Assembly (NCBI GenBank): GCA_008015095.1
Contig: SSEV01000036.1
Coordinates: 1,949-65,948 of the forward strand
Direction of reading: 5' to 3'
Source of the DNA: Lysobacteraceae bacterium
GTDB taxonomy: Bacteria; Pseudomonadota; Gammaproteobacteria; Xanthomonadales; Xanthomonadaceae
Length of the DNA stretch: 64,000 nucleotides
Shown: positions 8,595 through 17,127 of the stretch, one piece after another
Layout: every line of letters starts with the position of its first letter
Numbering within the stretch: the stretch's first letter is position 1
Made by a program: the position numbers and the translations under genes
The notes under the pieces: model-generated
The model's database searches: none
What the model saw: only the letters and a program-made list of their open reading frames with translations
What the model was told of the DNA's origin: nothing

Positions 8595-11018
8595 TCATTC
8601 CCGATCACATCGGTCCCGCAGATACGAGACGATGGCATGCTGCGAATGCATCGTCGCCACCCACAGGGCGTCGTAGCGGACGAGCGGCGAATCCGACGCG
8701 GTCAGGGTTTGGCCGGGATCGCCACGATTCGGGCTGGGATGCTCGACCAGCATCTTGAACACGTCCAGGTCACCGAGTTCTGCGGCAAACAAGGTGGGCG
8801 TCCATTTCACCGTATGCCCAGGGCGAGCCAGATAACGGCAGTTCGCATCGGCGCCGGCACGCACCAGCACCCGGATGACCGCGCGGCAATCGTCGACCGG
8901 ACGCTGATGGTGGGTCTTGATCGCATGGAAGAGCATGCGGAACCTCGCGTCCCGCTCGATCAGATCGAGAAAAGGTTGACGGCAGTCGTGCAGTTCCGCA
9001 TCGAATACCGCGCCTAACTTCGCATCGATCGCGCCCGCTCGGGTCAGCCCGGCAAAAAATCCGAGATCTGGTTCAACATCGCCGGGATTCAGAGCGTAGC
9101 CGAATCTCGACATCGCAAAGCACAATGCCGAAGGCATCTCCCCACACGGCGTTTCCAGCTTCGCGCCTAATGCGATCAGCCTGGCGACGACTTCCGCATC
9201 GGCCATCTGGATGGCGAGTTTGATCGGGGTGTCTCGCGCGGTGGAGGCGGGGCGGTTGACCGTTTCTTCGGATAGCTCCAGCGCCAGGACGCGCGCGAGG
9301 ATGTCCTGGTCATGGGTTTGCAGCGCGTGGCGCAAGGCATAGGTCAGGGGGCCTTCCCCCGATTCCTCGATGACAGCGTTCGGATCGCCGCCGGCCTCCA
9401 GCAGACGCTGTACGTCTTGCGGGGCGCCGAGCATGATCGCCTGCATCAGCGGGGTTCTGCGGGTTCTGCCCCCGGCGAATTTGATCTTTCTGTTCGGATG
9501 CTTGAGATGCTCGCGTTCGAGACGGAAACCGGAACCGGTCTCGACGATCTCGATCGGTGGCGGTACGCGGCTCTTGGCTTTCTGCGGAGGGAAGAACCGT
9601 TCGAAAGCGAAAGACAGCCGCCGGATTTCCTTCGCATCGAGCGCGCGCTTGGGTTCCCGGTTCAACCCCAGCAAGAAAGTCTTGTCCCAATAATGCTCGG
9701 CCACGACCTTGTCGCCGATACCGACGGCATAGAGCAATGCTTCCTTGAGGATCGAGGCTTGGTTGATGCCCGCGCTCCACCAGGCGCAGGAGAGCGCTTG
9801 CGCATACAACGCGAGTGCAGTCGGCTGATCGCCCTCGAATGCGGCTAGCCTGGCCGCGAACCAGTCGTGTTTGAGCTGGATCGTACGGCGTGCATGACCC
9901 GGCGCGTGGTCGGCTTCGGACTGCATCGCATCGAGTTTGTCGCGCAGATCGGAAACGGGGAGCGGGCGGGCTTCGAACAGGTCGAGGATGGATTCGAGCA
10001 ATGGAAGACAGGTGTCGAACACCGGCAGGTCGCCATGCGTCGACGTCTGGTGGTCGAACGCCGCGATCACGCCCTCCGGGCTCCATGCATCGCCATCCGG
10101 GTGTTCGAAATGCTGCCGAAGCTGTTCGCGGTCCCGTGGCGGGATGGATTGGAACCCTACCGCCAGCAACAACCAACCGGCCAGCGCATCCTGGTCTTTT
10201 CGCGCAAGTGGAGCGTCAGGCCGTGCTCCGATCGCGGCTTCGACCTTCGGCGCGAATGGCCAGGTGATCTTGCCGATCGGGTCTCCGTGCAGCCAACGCT
10301 GCAGCGTGCGGGCATCGACCGCCAATGCGTTCGCGAGGTTGTCGAGCAGCGTCGGTTCTGGGGTTCCGCATTTCTCAGTGCAATACCTCACCCAGGCCTG
10401 AAAAGGGCTACGCCACCAGGCTGCGAGGTCCGGCCCGGCGAATTCGCGGGAGATGCGTTTCAGGAATTCCGACAACATCGGGACGACGAATCGTTCCAAG
10501 AAGATCCGCCGCGCCAGGGGCACGGGCAATACGCGGATGTCCGTGTTGCCGACCAGGGCGCGGAGCGCCTGCGCCGAATGGGCCCAGCATCCGTGCAGAC
10601 ACGCTGCCCATTCGTCGCCGCAATCGACGGCGATCCGCGAAAAGCAGGCGTCGAGGACGTCACGGAGTTGATCGCAGGTCGATCCAGGCCTGGCTTCGGC
10701 CGCCAAATCGTCCAGATCCTTGTCCAGACCGATCTGCTTGAGGCATGGCCGGTATCCGCAAGCGGTGATGGCATCGCGCAGGCACTCGCCCAGGAGTGGA
10801 AATGCGGTCTGCGTCGGCGCGTCCTTGTGCGGCGTCATCGGATCGGATCGTTCTGCTTCGGAGGTGCGTGGCGCTTCGTTGGGGTGGCCAGTGGCGCGGG
10901 GCCAGTGTTTTCGACGACCGGTTCGATCATAGCCTTGCGCCGGAGGTCGCGACTCGGCTTGTATGGGTGTCGGTTCCTGCGTGGGATGTGTGGAGCTGGG
11001 GGAGGGGATCGGGTTCAT
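8595..11018 (-). CDS. Large ankyrin-repeat protein with HTH-like and helical N-terminal regions
   Basis: Ankyrin motifs TPLMQAI..LLEAGGDPN, GPLTYAL, TPIKLAI..LIALGA, TPTLFAA; VDARTLQRWLHG HTH-like segment; start uncertain (11018 or 10838). Confidence 0.75.
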   Translation of the reverse strand: MNPIPSPSSTHPTQEPTPIQAESRPPAQGYDRTGRRKHWPRATGHPNEAPRTSEAERSDPMTPHKDAPTQTAFPLLGECLRDAITACGYRPCLKQIGLDKDLDDLAAEARPGSTCDQLRDVLDACFSRIAVDCGDEWAACLHGCWAHSAQALRALVGNTDIRVLPVPLARRIFLERFVVPMLSEFLKRISREFAGPDLAAWWRSPFQAWVRYCTEKCGTPEPTLLDNLANALAVDARTLQRWLHGDPIGKITWPFAPKVEAAIGARPDAPLARKDQDALAGWLLLAVGFQSIPPRDREQLRQHFEHPDGDAWSPEGVIAAFDHQTSTHGDLPVFDTCLPLLESILDLFEARPLPVSDLRDKLDAMQSEADHAPGHARRTIQLKHDWFAARLAAFEGDQPTALALYAQALSCAWWSAGINQASILKEALLYAVGIGDKVVAEHYWDKTFLLGLNREPKRALDAKEIRRLSFAFERFFPPQKAKSRVPPPIEIVETGSGFRLEREHLKHPNRKIKFAGGRTRRTPLMQAIMLGAPQDVQRLLEAGGDPNAVIEESGEGPLTYALRHALQTHDQDILARVLALELSEETVNRPASTARDTPIKLAIQMADAEVVARLIALGAKLETPCGEMPSALCFAMSRFGYALNPGDVEPDLGFFAGLTRAGAIDAKLGAVFDAELHDCRQPFLDLIERDARFRMLFHAIKTHHQRPVDDCRAVIRVLVRAGADANCRYLARPGHTVKWTPTLFAAELGDLDVFKMLVEHPSPNRGDPGQTLTASDSPLVRYDALWVATMHSQHAIVSYLRDRCDRE

Positions 11019-11483
11019 CACAATGCCTTTGTTGGAGTGAATAGGAGTGCTGCGGCGACACCGCGCAGGCCCGACTTTGAAGATCGAGGGTTCCGAAGGC
11101 ACGACACTCCGCCGAAGACTTTTTGGTTTTTTTGCGCAGGGGTTTTTTGGCGCATGCAGAATGCGACGGGTGCTTGCTCCTGGCCCGAGACGCGTGGCGT
11201 CGCGCACCCCGGCGATACGCTGTTCCGGCGATGCGGGTCTGCATGGCCTGACATCGCCGCGACCTGCAAGGCCCGGCCCGCGCCGGCGCATGCCAGCCCC
11301 TGCGGGTCTGGCGGCCTCGATATGCTCCGATCGCGTTGACAGGCTCTAGACTAGGCGCGCCCGGACGTCGGGCGACGATCGGCGCCCTGGTCCGGGCGGA
11401 CATCGCTCGCAGCGGATGCGTCGTCATGCGCGTCGGTTTACGCGCAGTGGGCACCCCTTTCCGCCGATGGATCACCCCGCCCG

Positions 11484-12437
11484 ATGGATCATCCGGATTT
11501 GTTGCCTAATGACGCGCAGTGGCGCCGATTGAGCGTGTCCTCGCATAAACGCGAGCTGTTCGAGCAGGATGTGTATTTCCGCGAGGCCTGGGCCGATTGC
11601 GAAGACCTGTTCGAAATCGATGTCGCCGAGGCGCTCACGCCAGTCACCTTGTTGTGCGCCAAACCCGATGCGGTGGTCGGTCGCCGCTTGCGTCCGATGC
11701 TCGACTATGCCGTGGAGCATGGCTTCGCCCCGATCGGCGTCGCCGAGTCCCGTCTCGGGCGGCATTCGATGCGCGATATCTGGCGCTACGACTGGCATGT
11801 CTATACCGCCGACCGACTGCGGTTTTCCACGATCTGGTATACGTCGGCGCCGATGCTGGTGTTCGCGCTCGAGGATCTCTGTCCTGAGCCCGGGATTCCT
11901 GCCTCGGTCAGACTCACTTCGCTCAAGGGGCATGCCCTGGCCAGCAGGCGCGGCCCCGACGAAATGCGCAGCCGTCTGGCGCCGCCGAACACCGTGCTCA
12001 ATTTCGTGCATGTGACCGACGAGCCGGCAGATGTGGTGCGCGAGGCGGGGATTCTGTTCGAATCCGACGAGCGGATCGCGTTGTTGCGCAGCCTGGGCGA
12101 ACGCCGGGGCGGCGCACAGGCGCATGCGGAGGCCGTCGCGGCGATCGAGGATCTCTACGCCCGTCATTCGGCGCACGATCTCGACGCCGTCGCCTCGTTG
12201 CGCCGCTTGCGAGCGGCCGGCATGGTCGACGAAGCGGGGTTCGATCGCATCGCGCGCTGCCTCGATCTCGGCGGCAGCATGTCATGGAACGCGCTCATTT
12301 CAACCTTGTCCGCGGAAGTCATCGCAGAACGGCGCTGGGACTTCATCAGCCTCGCCAGCGCGGTGATTCCGCGTGAGCGGCCGCTGGAAAGCCCGCTGCG
12401 CAATCCCGACATCCACGATTGGCGGCGTGCGGGTTGA
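11484..12437 (+). CDS. Nucleoside-diphosphate-kinase-fold protein with extensions (paralog 1)
   Basis: AKPDAV, RLTSLKG, MRSRL, NFVHVTD..VVRE map onto NDK KPD, R, R, NxxHxSD and E. Confidence 0.7.
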   Translation: MDHPDLLPNDAQWRRLSVSSHKRELFEQDVYFREAWADCEDLFEIDVAEALTPVTLLCAKPDAVVGRRLRPMLDYAVEHGFAPIGVAESRLGRHSMRDIWRYDWHVYTADRLRFSTIWYTSAPMLVFALEDLCPEPGIPASVRLTSLKGHALASRRGPDEMRSRLAPPNTVLNFVHVTDEPADVVREAGILFESDERIALLRSLGERRGGAQAHAEAVAAIEDLYARHSAHDLDAVASLRRLRAAGMVDEAGFDRIARCLDLGGSMSWNALISTLSAEVIAERRWDFISLASAVIPRERPLESPLRNPDIHDWRRAG

Positions 12438-12457
12438 ACCCGGGCGGGGGCAGGCGC

Positions 12458-13504
12458 TCAATCACCGTTCCAATGCGCGAACGGCACTTCGATTTCGTCG
12501 CTGAGGCAGGAACCGTGATCGAAGCGATGGCCATCGAAAGTTGCGAACTGTCCGGTTTCGGCGATGAGCAGTACGGAACCGACCCGGTAGAGAATCTCGC
12601 TGCCGGCTAAGAACATCTCCTCCGACGCGCAGACGCGCGCGATGCCGGCGAAACGCTGTTGCAGCCGCGCCAACATCCGTTCGCGGTCGCCCGGTTCCGG
12701 ATAGAACCAGCGCGTCCTTCCGGCGCCGCCGAGGTGGCAACCGAACTCGTGCGCGCTGGCTTCAATCGCTGCGGCGATCTCGGGATCGTGCTGGGTCGGC
12801 ACGAGGCCATGATCCGAATGCGCGATCACCATCGCGCCGGTGCGCGCCCACTCGACAGCCAGCGCATCGACCAAATCCAGCAAGCGCAGGACATCGGCGT
12901 CGTAACCATGGCGGTGGATATGCCGGTCGACTTCGACGAAACACCAGATCAAATTCGGTTGCTGGCTCTTGTCGCGCTCGCGCCGTACCGCGGCACGGAT
13001 CGATTCGACGATATGCTCGGGTCGCTGCGCCGTGTCTCCGGCGTAAAAACGATCCCTTCCGATCCTTTCGGCGCCACGCAACAGGACGTCTAGCCAAGCG
13101 CAAGGAGCCGCTTCGAGATCCGCCGAAATCGCGATCGCGCGATAGCCCGCGGCAACCGCGTCGGCGAAGATATTGCCGCGGTCCGGGACATCCAATGCGT
13201 TGTGGTGGCGGTAGATGTTGATCAGGCCGGTTTCACGCGTGCGAAAGACGACACCGGGAATACCGTGTTCTTCGACGGTCATTCCACTGAGGCTGCTCAA
13301 CCACGCGGTCGCTGATGTGCTGGGGAACACCGAATCCATGCCTTCGATCCGCGCCCGTGGCCAATGCGCGCGAGCCAAGGTCAGAGGAATGCCATCGAGC
13401 GCCAGCACGATCACGTCGTGACCGGAACCGGCGCGCTCGGAGGTCAGCAAGGTCGAAATCGATTGCCGAAAATCCGTCAATGGCCTGGAAATGCTTCGAT
13501 CCAC
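12458..13504 (-). CDS. Alkaline phosphatase superfamily (nucleotide pyrophosphatase/phosphodiesterase-like) protein
   Basis: LALDG, SVFPSTSATAW, HGIPG, VDRHIH, HSDHG, FDHGS; GTG start inferred. Confidence 0.8.
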   Translation of the reverse strand: MDRSISRPLTDFRQSISTLLTSERAGSGHDVIVLALDGIPLTLARAHWPRARIEGMDSVFPSTSATAWLSSLSGMTVEEHGIPGVVFRTRETGLINIYRHHNALDVPDRGNIFADAVAAGYRAIAISADLEAAPCAWLDVLLRGAERIGRDRFYAGDTAQRPEHIVESIRAAVRRERDKSQQPNLIWCFVEVDRHIHRHGYDADVLRLLDLVDALAVEWARTGAMVIAHSDHGLVPTQHDPEIAAAIEASAHEFGCHLGGAGRTRWFYPEPGDRERMLARLQQRFAGIARVCASEEMFLAGSEILYRVGSVLLIAETGQFATFDGHRFDHGSCLSDEIEVPFAHWNGD

Positions 13505-13656
13505 GTTCGATACCGCAGTGTTTGGAGCATTATGGCGGCGCTGTCGCAGCGTGTCGCGGTACGCGAATGCCGCCGCCGCCGTTGCCGCCGAAAGTTGCCG
13601 TCGCAAAACGCGATGCGACGCAAACGCGCATCGGTTGGGCGAACCTGCGCACAGTA

Positions 13657-13685
13657 TTGACAGCCTTGGGGGGCAGGTACATAGT
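13657..13685 (+). promoter_or_regulatory. Sigma70-like promoter of the 126-aa ORF
   Basis: TTGACA-N17-CATAGT upstream of GGAGG RBS and ATG 13733. Confidence 0.6.
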
Positions 13686-13732
13686 GCATCGAGCAGTAGT
13701 CGATTCATCCTCAACGCTGGAGGGATCCCAGT

Positions 13733-14113
13733 ATGGCTACGAAAAAGACTGGTGCCGGTACGCAAGGCACATCTGGTAAATACAGCGCCGCACTCTCCGT
13801 TGGCGCGAAGTCCGCAAAGGCCACTACCGCGACTGCTACGGTCGCCAAAGCTGCCGTCGCCCGCCCTCGCCCTGACTCTGCGGCAGTCAGCGTTACGGCT
13901 GCCGATTCGGCGATGGTGACGGTCAGTGCCGCGACCCGGCTGACCGATGTGGCCACGATCGTTTCCTCGCTGGTGAACGTCGGCGTTTCGGCTACCGTGC
14001 GCCTGCGTAGCGGCAGTAAGGAAGCCCTGCGTTCGGCCATCGCCAGCCTCAACGACAAAACCGAGATCGTCTCGGCCGCACTGACCTTGCGCGGCGCGAA
14101 ACCGGCTAAATAA
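13733..14113 (+). CDS. Small basic Ala/Ser/Thr/Val-rich protein, unknown function
   Basis: Own promoter, GGAGG at 13719-13723, many T-ending codons (GCT/ACT/GGT), TAA stop. Confidence 0.7.
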   Translation: MATKKTGAGTQGTSGKYSAALSVGAKSAKATTATATVAKAAVARPRPDSAAVSVTAADSAMVTVSAATRLTDVATIVSSLVNVGVSATVRLRSGSKEALRSAIASLNDKTEIVSAALTLRGAKPAK

Positions 14114-14118
14114 TCGCT

Positions 14119-15240
14119 TTGTCGCCGCGCCGGGGGCCGAGGATCGAGGTGGGGTCCGCAGAGTTTGCGGCAGAGCCCGATTGGTGCGCTGCCGCAATCC
14201 GGGGACTGTCCGCTTTCGCCAATAAAGCCGCGCCCGATCCGGAATGCATCGCCGGATTGTCCGCCCACGGCTGGGAACGTCTGCAGGCGCTGAAAATCGA
14301 TGGCTTGGTCACTACCGGTGCAGTTAATGCGCCGCTACGGCGAGCCTATCAGCACATTGCCGAAATTCAGTACGCCTCGGTCATTGAATTGGTCGAAGCG
14401 CTGACGGCCCGAGAGATTCGGCCACTGTTGTTCAAAGGGATCGATCTGTGGCCGCGCCACTTCGTCGGGTGCGCGCCCTCGGTCATGGGAGATATTGATC
14501 TTTTGGTCGAGCGTGGCGCGGTCGGGAGCGCGCGCGCGGCGTTACTCGGGCTCGGCCTGCGCCAAGCGTACTTCGACCAGGACAGCGGCGAACTCATCGA
14601 TGCCGACATCGCAGACATCGCCGATGTCGAGCGCAGCCATTACGAAATGTACCCGTTCCGTCGTCTGTTACCGATCGACCTCGACCGCGAGTCGACTGCC
14701 GCGCTACGTGCTTCGAAGGCCAAAATGCCGCTGGTTTTCGATACAGAGGATCGAGTGTGGCTGATCGACGAGATCGACCTGCATCATGGCGTCGCGCTGG
14801 ACGTCGATGCTGGGCCCTTGTTCAGTCGCGCGCGCGCCGCGACCGTGCCCGGAGGGTTGGCGCTGGATCCCGCGGACCATTTGTGGCTGATCACCAGCCG
14901 TTTCTATAACGAAGTCGCGCTGCACGGCAAGCGCTCGTTACGCGACTTCGCTTACATCGCCGCCATCCTGCGCGACGAGCGTCTGGATTGGGATCGAATG
15001 CTTGAGGTCGCGGCCGAATACGAGATGCGCCCGGCGTTGTTTTATTACCTACGTTTCGTGGACAGCCTGTTCACGCGCTCAAGGGTTAAAGAGACGATTT
15101 GGCGGGCGCTGGATCCCAGGCGAGGTTCGCGGCTGCGCGACTGGGGCTGGCAGTTGGCGCCCCTGTTGGACAGCCTGGACCCGATGCCGCTTGCCGTTAG
15201 GCGGAGCGCGGCAAGGGTAGAGCCTGACGAGGCCGGTTGA
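14119..15240 (+). CDS. Nucleotidyltransferase (NTP_transf_5-like), paralog 1
   Basis: LLFKGIDL..MGDIDLLV..EIDLHH..LDW pattern; start uncertain. Confidence 0.8.
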   Translation: MSPRRGPRIEVGSAEFAAEPDWCAAAIRGLSAFANKAAPDPECIAGLSAHGWERLQALKIDGLVTTGAVNAPLRRAYQHIAEIQYASVIELVEALTAREIRPLLFKGIDLWPRHFVGCAPSVMGDIDLLVERGAVGSARAALLGLGLRQAYFDQDSGELIDADIADIADVERSHYEMYPFRRLLPIDLDRESTAALRASKAKMPLVFDTEDRVWLIDEIDLHHGVALDVDAGPLFSRARAATVPGGLALDPADHLWLITSRFYNEVALHGKRSLRDFAYIAAILRDERLDWDRMLEVAAEYEMRPALFYYLRFVDSLFTRSRVKETIWRALDPRRGSRLRDWGWQLAPLLDSLDPMPLAVRRSAARVEPDEAG

Positions 15241-15315
15241 ATGTATGTTTTTCGTTGCGCGCGCACCCCGAAGCGAAGTTGCGTCGCAATCGGGACAGCG
15301 AATTTCAGTGTGCTC

Positions 15316-15345
15316 TTGACAGAGGTGCGCCGGCACGGGTATATG
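15316..15345 (+). promoter_or_regulatory. Sigma70-like promoter of the 70-aa peptide gene
   Basis: TTGACA-N18-TATATG. Confidence 0.5.
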
Positions 15346-15407
15346 GGTTTTTACGTCGGCAGATAGGTCGGCGTGCTCTGTCTAACCTCGATACAGGAGT
15401 ATCCGAC

Positions 15408-15620
15408 ATGCAGAAGCATCAACAGGCCGGATCGGCCCCGCTCAGCAACTTTGATCTCAAGAATACCCGCGTTGACCTGATTCAGTCGCCCGCCGCCCAG
15501 TCGGCCTCTGTCTCCCTGAACGATCTTGAAGCCGCCCGTTCGGCCCGTCGTGCGGTATCCGCCTCCAAGCATGGCTTGGAAGTCATCTGCGGTGGTAGCT
15601 GCGAAACCGGCGCCCAGTAA
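15408..15620 (+). CDS. 70-aa putative RiPP precursor peptide ending HGLEVICGGSCETGAQ
   Basis: AGGAG RBS at 15395-15399, own promoter, TAA stop then terminator; LEVICGG resembles a double-glycine cleavage motif. Confidence 0.7.
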   Translation: MQKHQQAGSAPLSNFDLKNTRVDLIQSPAAQSASVSLNDLEAARSARRAVSASKHGLEVICGGSCETGAQ

Positions 15621-15634
15621 CTGCAGTCGAAATT

Positions 15635-15671
15635 CCAAAACCGCTCCCGTTAGCTCGGGAGCGGTTTTTGG
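15635..15671 (+). terminator. Rho-independent terminator after the 70-aa peptide
   Basis: AAAACCGCTCCCG-TTAGCT-CGGGAGCGGTTTTT. Confidence 0.85.
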
Positions 15672-15747
15672 TTGTATGGATCTGCGGGCCTCGCGCTCGT
15701 CACCGGCCTAGGTCATTCCAGGCTCTCCAGCGCGCTCGCCGAATGAT

Positions 15748-15775
15748 CCCGGGCTAGGTGCCCGGGTTTTTCTTT
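15748..15775 (+). terminator. Second terminator-like hairpin upstream of the PP-loop gene
   Basis: CCCGGGC-TAGGT-GCCCGGG-TTTTTCTTT. Confidence 0.65.
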
Positions 15776-15882
15776 CGGGATTCGCAAGCGCATCTTTCGT
15801 GTCTCGCGCGAGCATTGCATTCGCGCGTCGGTGGCCGGAAGCGGAGGTCGGTCGTGGCCCTCTGTTTTTGGAATCGATCAGG

Positions 15883-17127
15883 ATGAATGTCGCTCAACGA
15901 GAACGCGGTAAATCCGGCCCCATCGTTTCGCTGGTGACGACGCATGGTCGCCAGGAACTCCAGTCGGAAGGAGACGAGCGCCTATTCGATCTGCTCGAAC
16001 GTTATCGCGTGCCCTGGTCCGCGGTTTCGATCTACGTAATCCCCTCCGATGGCCGTGATCCGGTGCTTAACCCTTGCCTGGATCGCAGGCTCGAAGATTT
16101 CCATGAAGCATCGGAAATCCTGCTTTATTTCAATCGTAACGTGAACCCGTTCAACTTCTCGTTGAACAATTTCAAGACCATTGCGCCGTCGGTCGGCTCC
16201 GTCCAGGCCACCGAATATTTCTACCAGCGCGTGGACAATGTGTATTCCTCGACTGAGGCTTTTCTCAAGAATCTCAGCCCAGAGGAATGCAAACAGATGA
16301 TCGCCGATCGGGTCCGCGAAGCGGTCCTGGCCACGGTGCCGCCCAACACCGATCTCGTGGTCGGCGTCAGCGGCGGCGGCGACAGTAACGCCATGCTTTA
16401 TGGGCTCAGCCAATTGGCCGACCACGGTTTGCGCGTGCATCCGGTGATCATCATGGGCATTCCGGATTGGGATAAGGGTGTGCCGCGCGCGCGCGAGCTG
16501 TGCGCAAACTACAACCTCGAACTGACGGTGATGGAAGAACCCGAAGTCAAGGCGCTGCTCGGGATCCAGCCCGATTCGACGCCGTTGATCGATCGGTTCG
16601 AGAAAGAGTTCAAGGGCGACGATTTCGAATTTCTCGGCACGTTGCTGGTGAGGCTGGCGCTGGTCAAGCGCGCCCGTGATCTCGGCACGAACTATCTGTG
16701 CACAGGCCTGAATCTGGAAGACGTGCTCTGCGAAGCGCTGTTCCGGCTCTCCAGCGGCATGATTCCCGCGCCCTACCCGAAGCGCGAGATCGGCGACATG
16801 AGCCTGGTGTTCCCGCTGTGGTTGTGTCCGAAGCGGATCATCGACGGCTGTTTCCCGAAAATGTCGCTGGAGAATTACGAGTCGCGTTACCCCTGCTTCT
16901 CGCTCGGGCGCAATCTGTACTACAGCGTGATCTATGCGATGCAATCGCAGTTCCCGGGATATATTGAGCAGCTGGCGCACGGTTGTTCCGAGATTTCGAT
17001 GCGGCATCCAACCAACTACGTCTTCGACGAACAACTCGGCTTCCACGTCGAGCGCTTCGTCCCGCTTGGGTTGCGACAGAAGTTCCGCAGGATGCTGGGC
17101 CACGCAGATCCCGTTGCGGTCGCGTGA
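15883..17127 (+). CDS. PP-loop ATP pyrophosphatase (TtcA/TtuA-like) with N-terminal extra domain
   Basis: VVGVSGGGDS PP-loop, LCTGLNLED (cf. ATGHNLDD), FPLW. Confidence 0.75.
   Translation: MNVAQRERGKSGPIVSLVTTHGRQELQSEGDERLFDLLERYRVPWSAVSIYVIPSDGRDPVLNPCLDRRLEDFHEASEILLYFNRNVNPFNFSLNNFKTIAPSVGSVQATEYFYQRVDNVYSSTEAFLKNLSPEECKQMIADRVREAVLATVPPNTDLVVGVSGGGDSNAMLYGLSQLADHGLRVHPVIIMGIPDWDKGVPRARELCANYNLELTVMEEPEVKALLGIQPDSTPLIDRFEKEFKGDDFEFLGTLLVRLALVKRARDLGTNYLCTGLNLEDVLCEALFRLSSGMIPAPYPKREIGDMSLVFPLWLCPKRIIDGCFPKMSLENYESRYPCFSLGRNLYYSVIYAMQSQFPGYIEQLAHGCSEISMRHPTNYVFDEQLGFHVERFVPLGLRQKFRRMLGHADPVAVA

Noticed and set aside
15408-17127. Lasso peptide interpretation (peptide + ATP pyrophosphatase + NTP_transf_5)
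   Set aside because: No transglutaminase-like B protease or stand-alone PqqD nearby, no Thr at -2 with an acceptor Asp/Glu at position 7-9, and the enzyme resembles TtuA rather than asparagine synthetase
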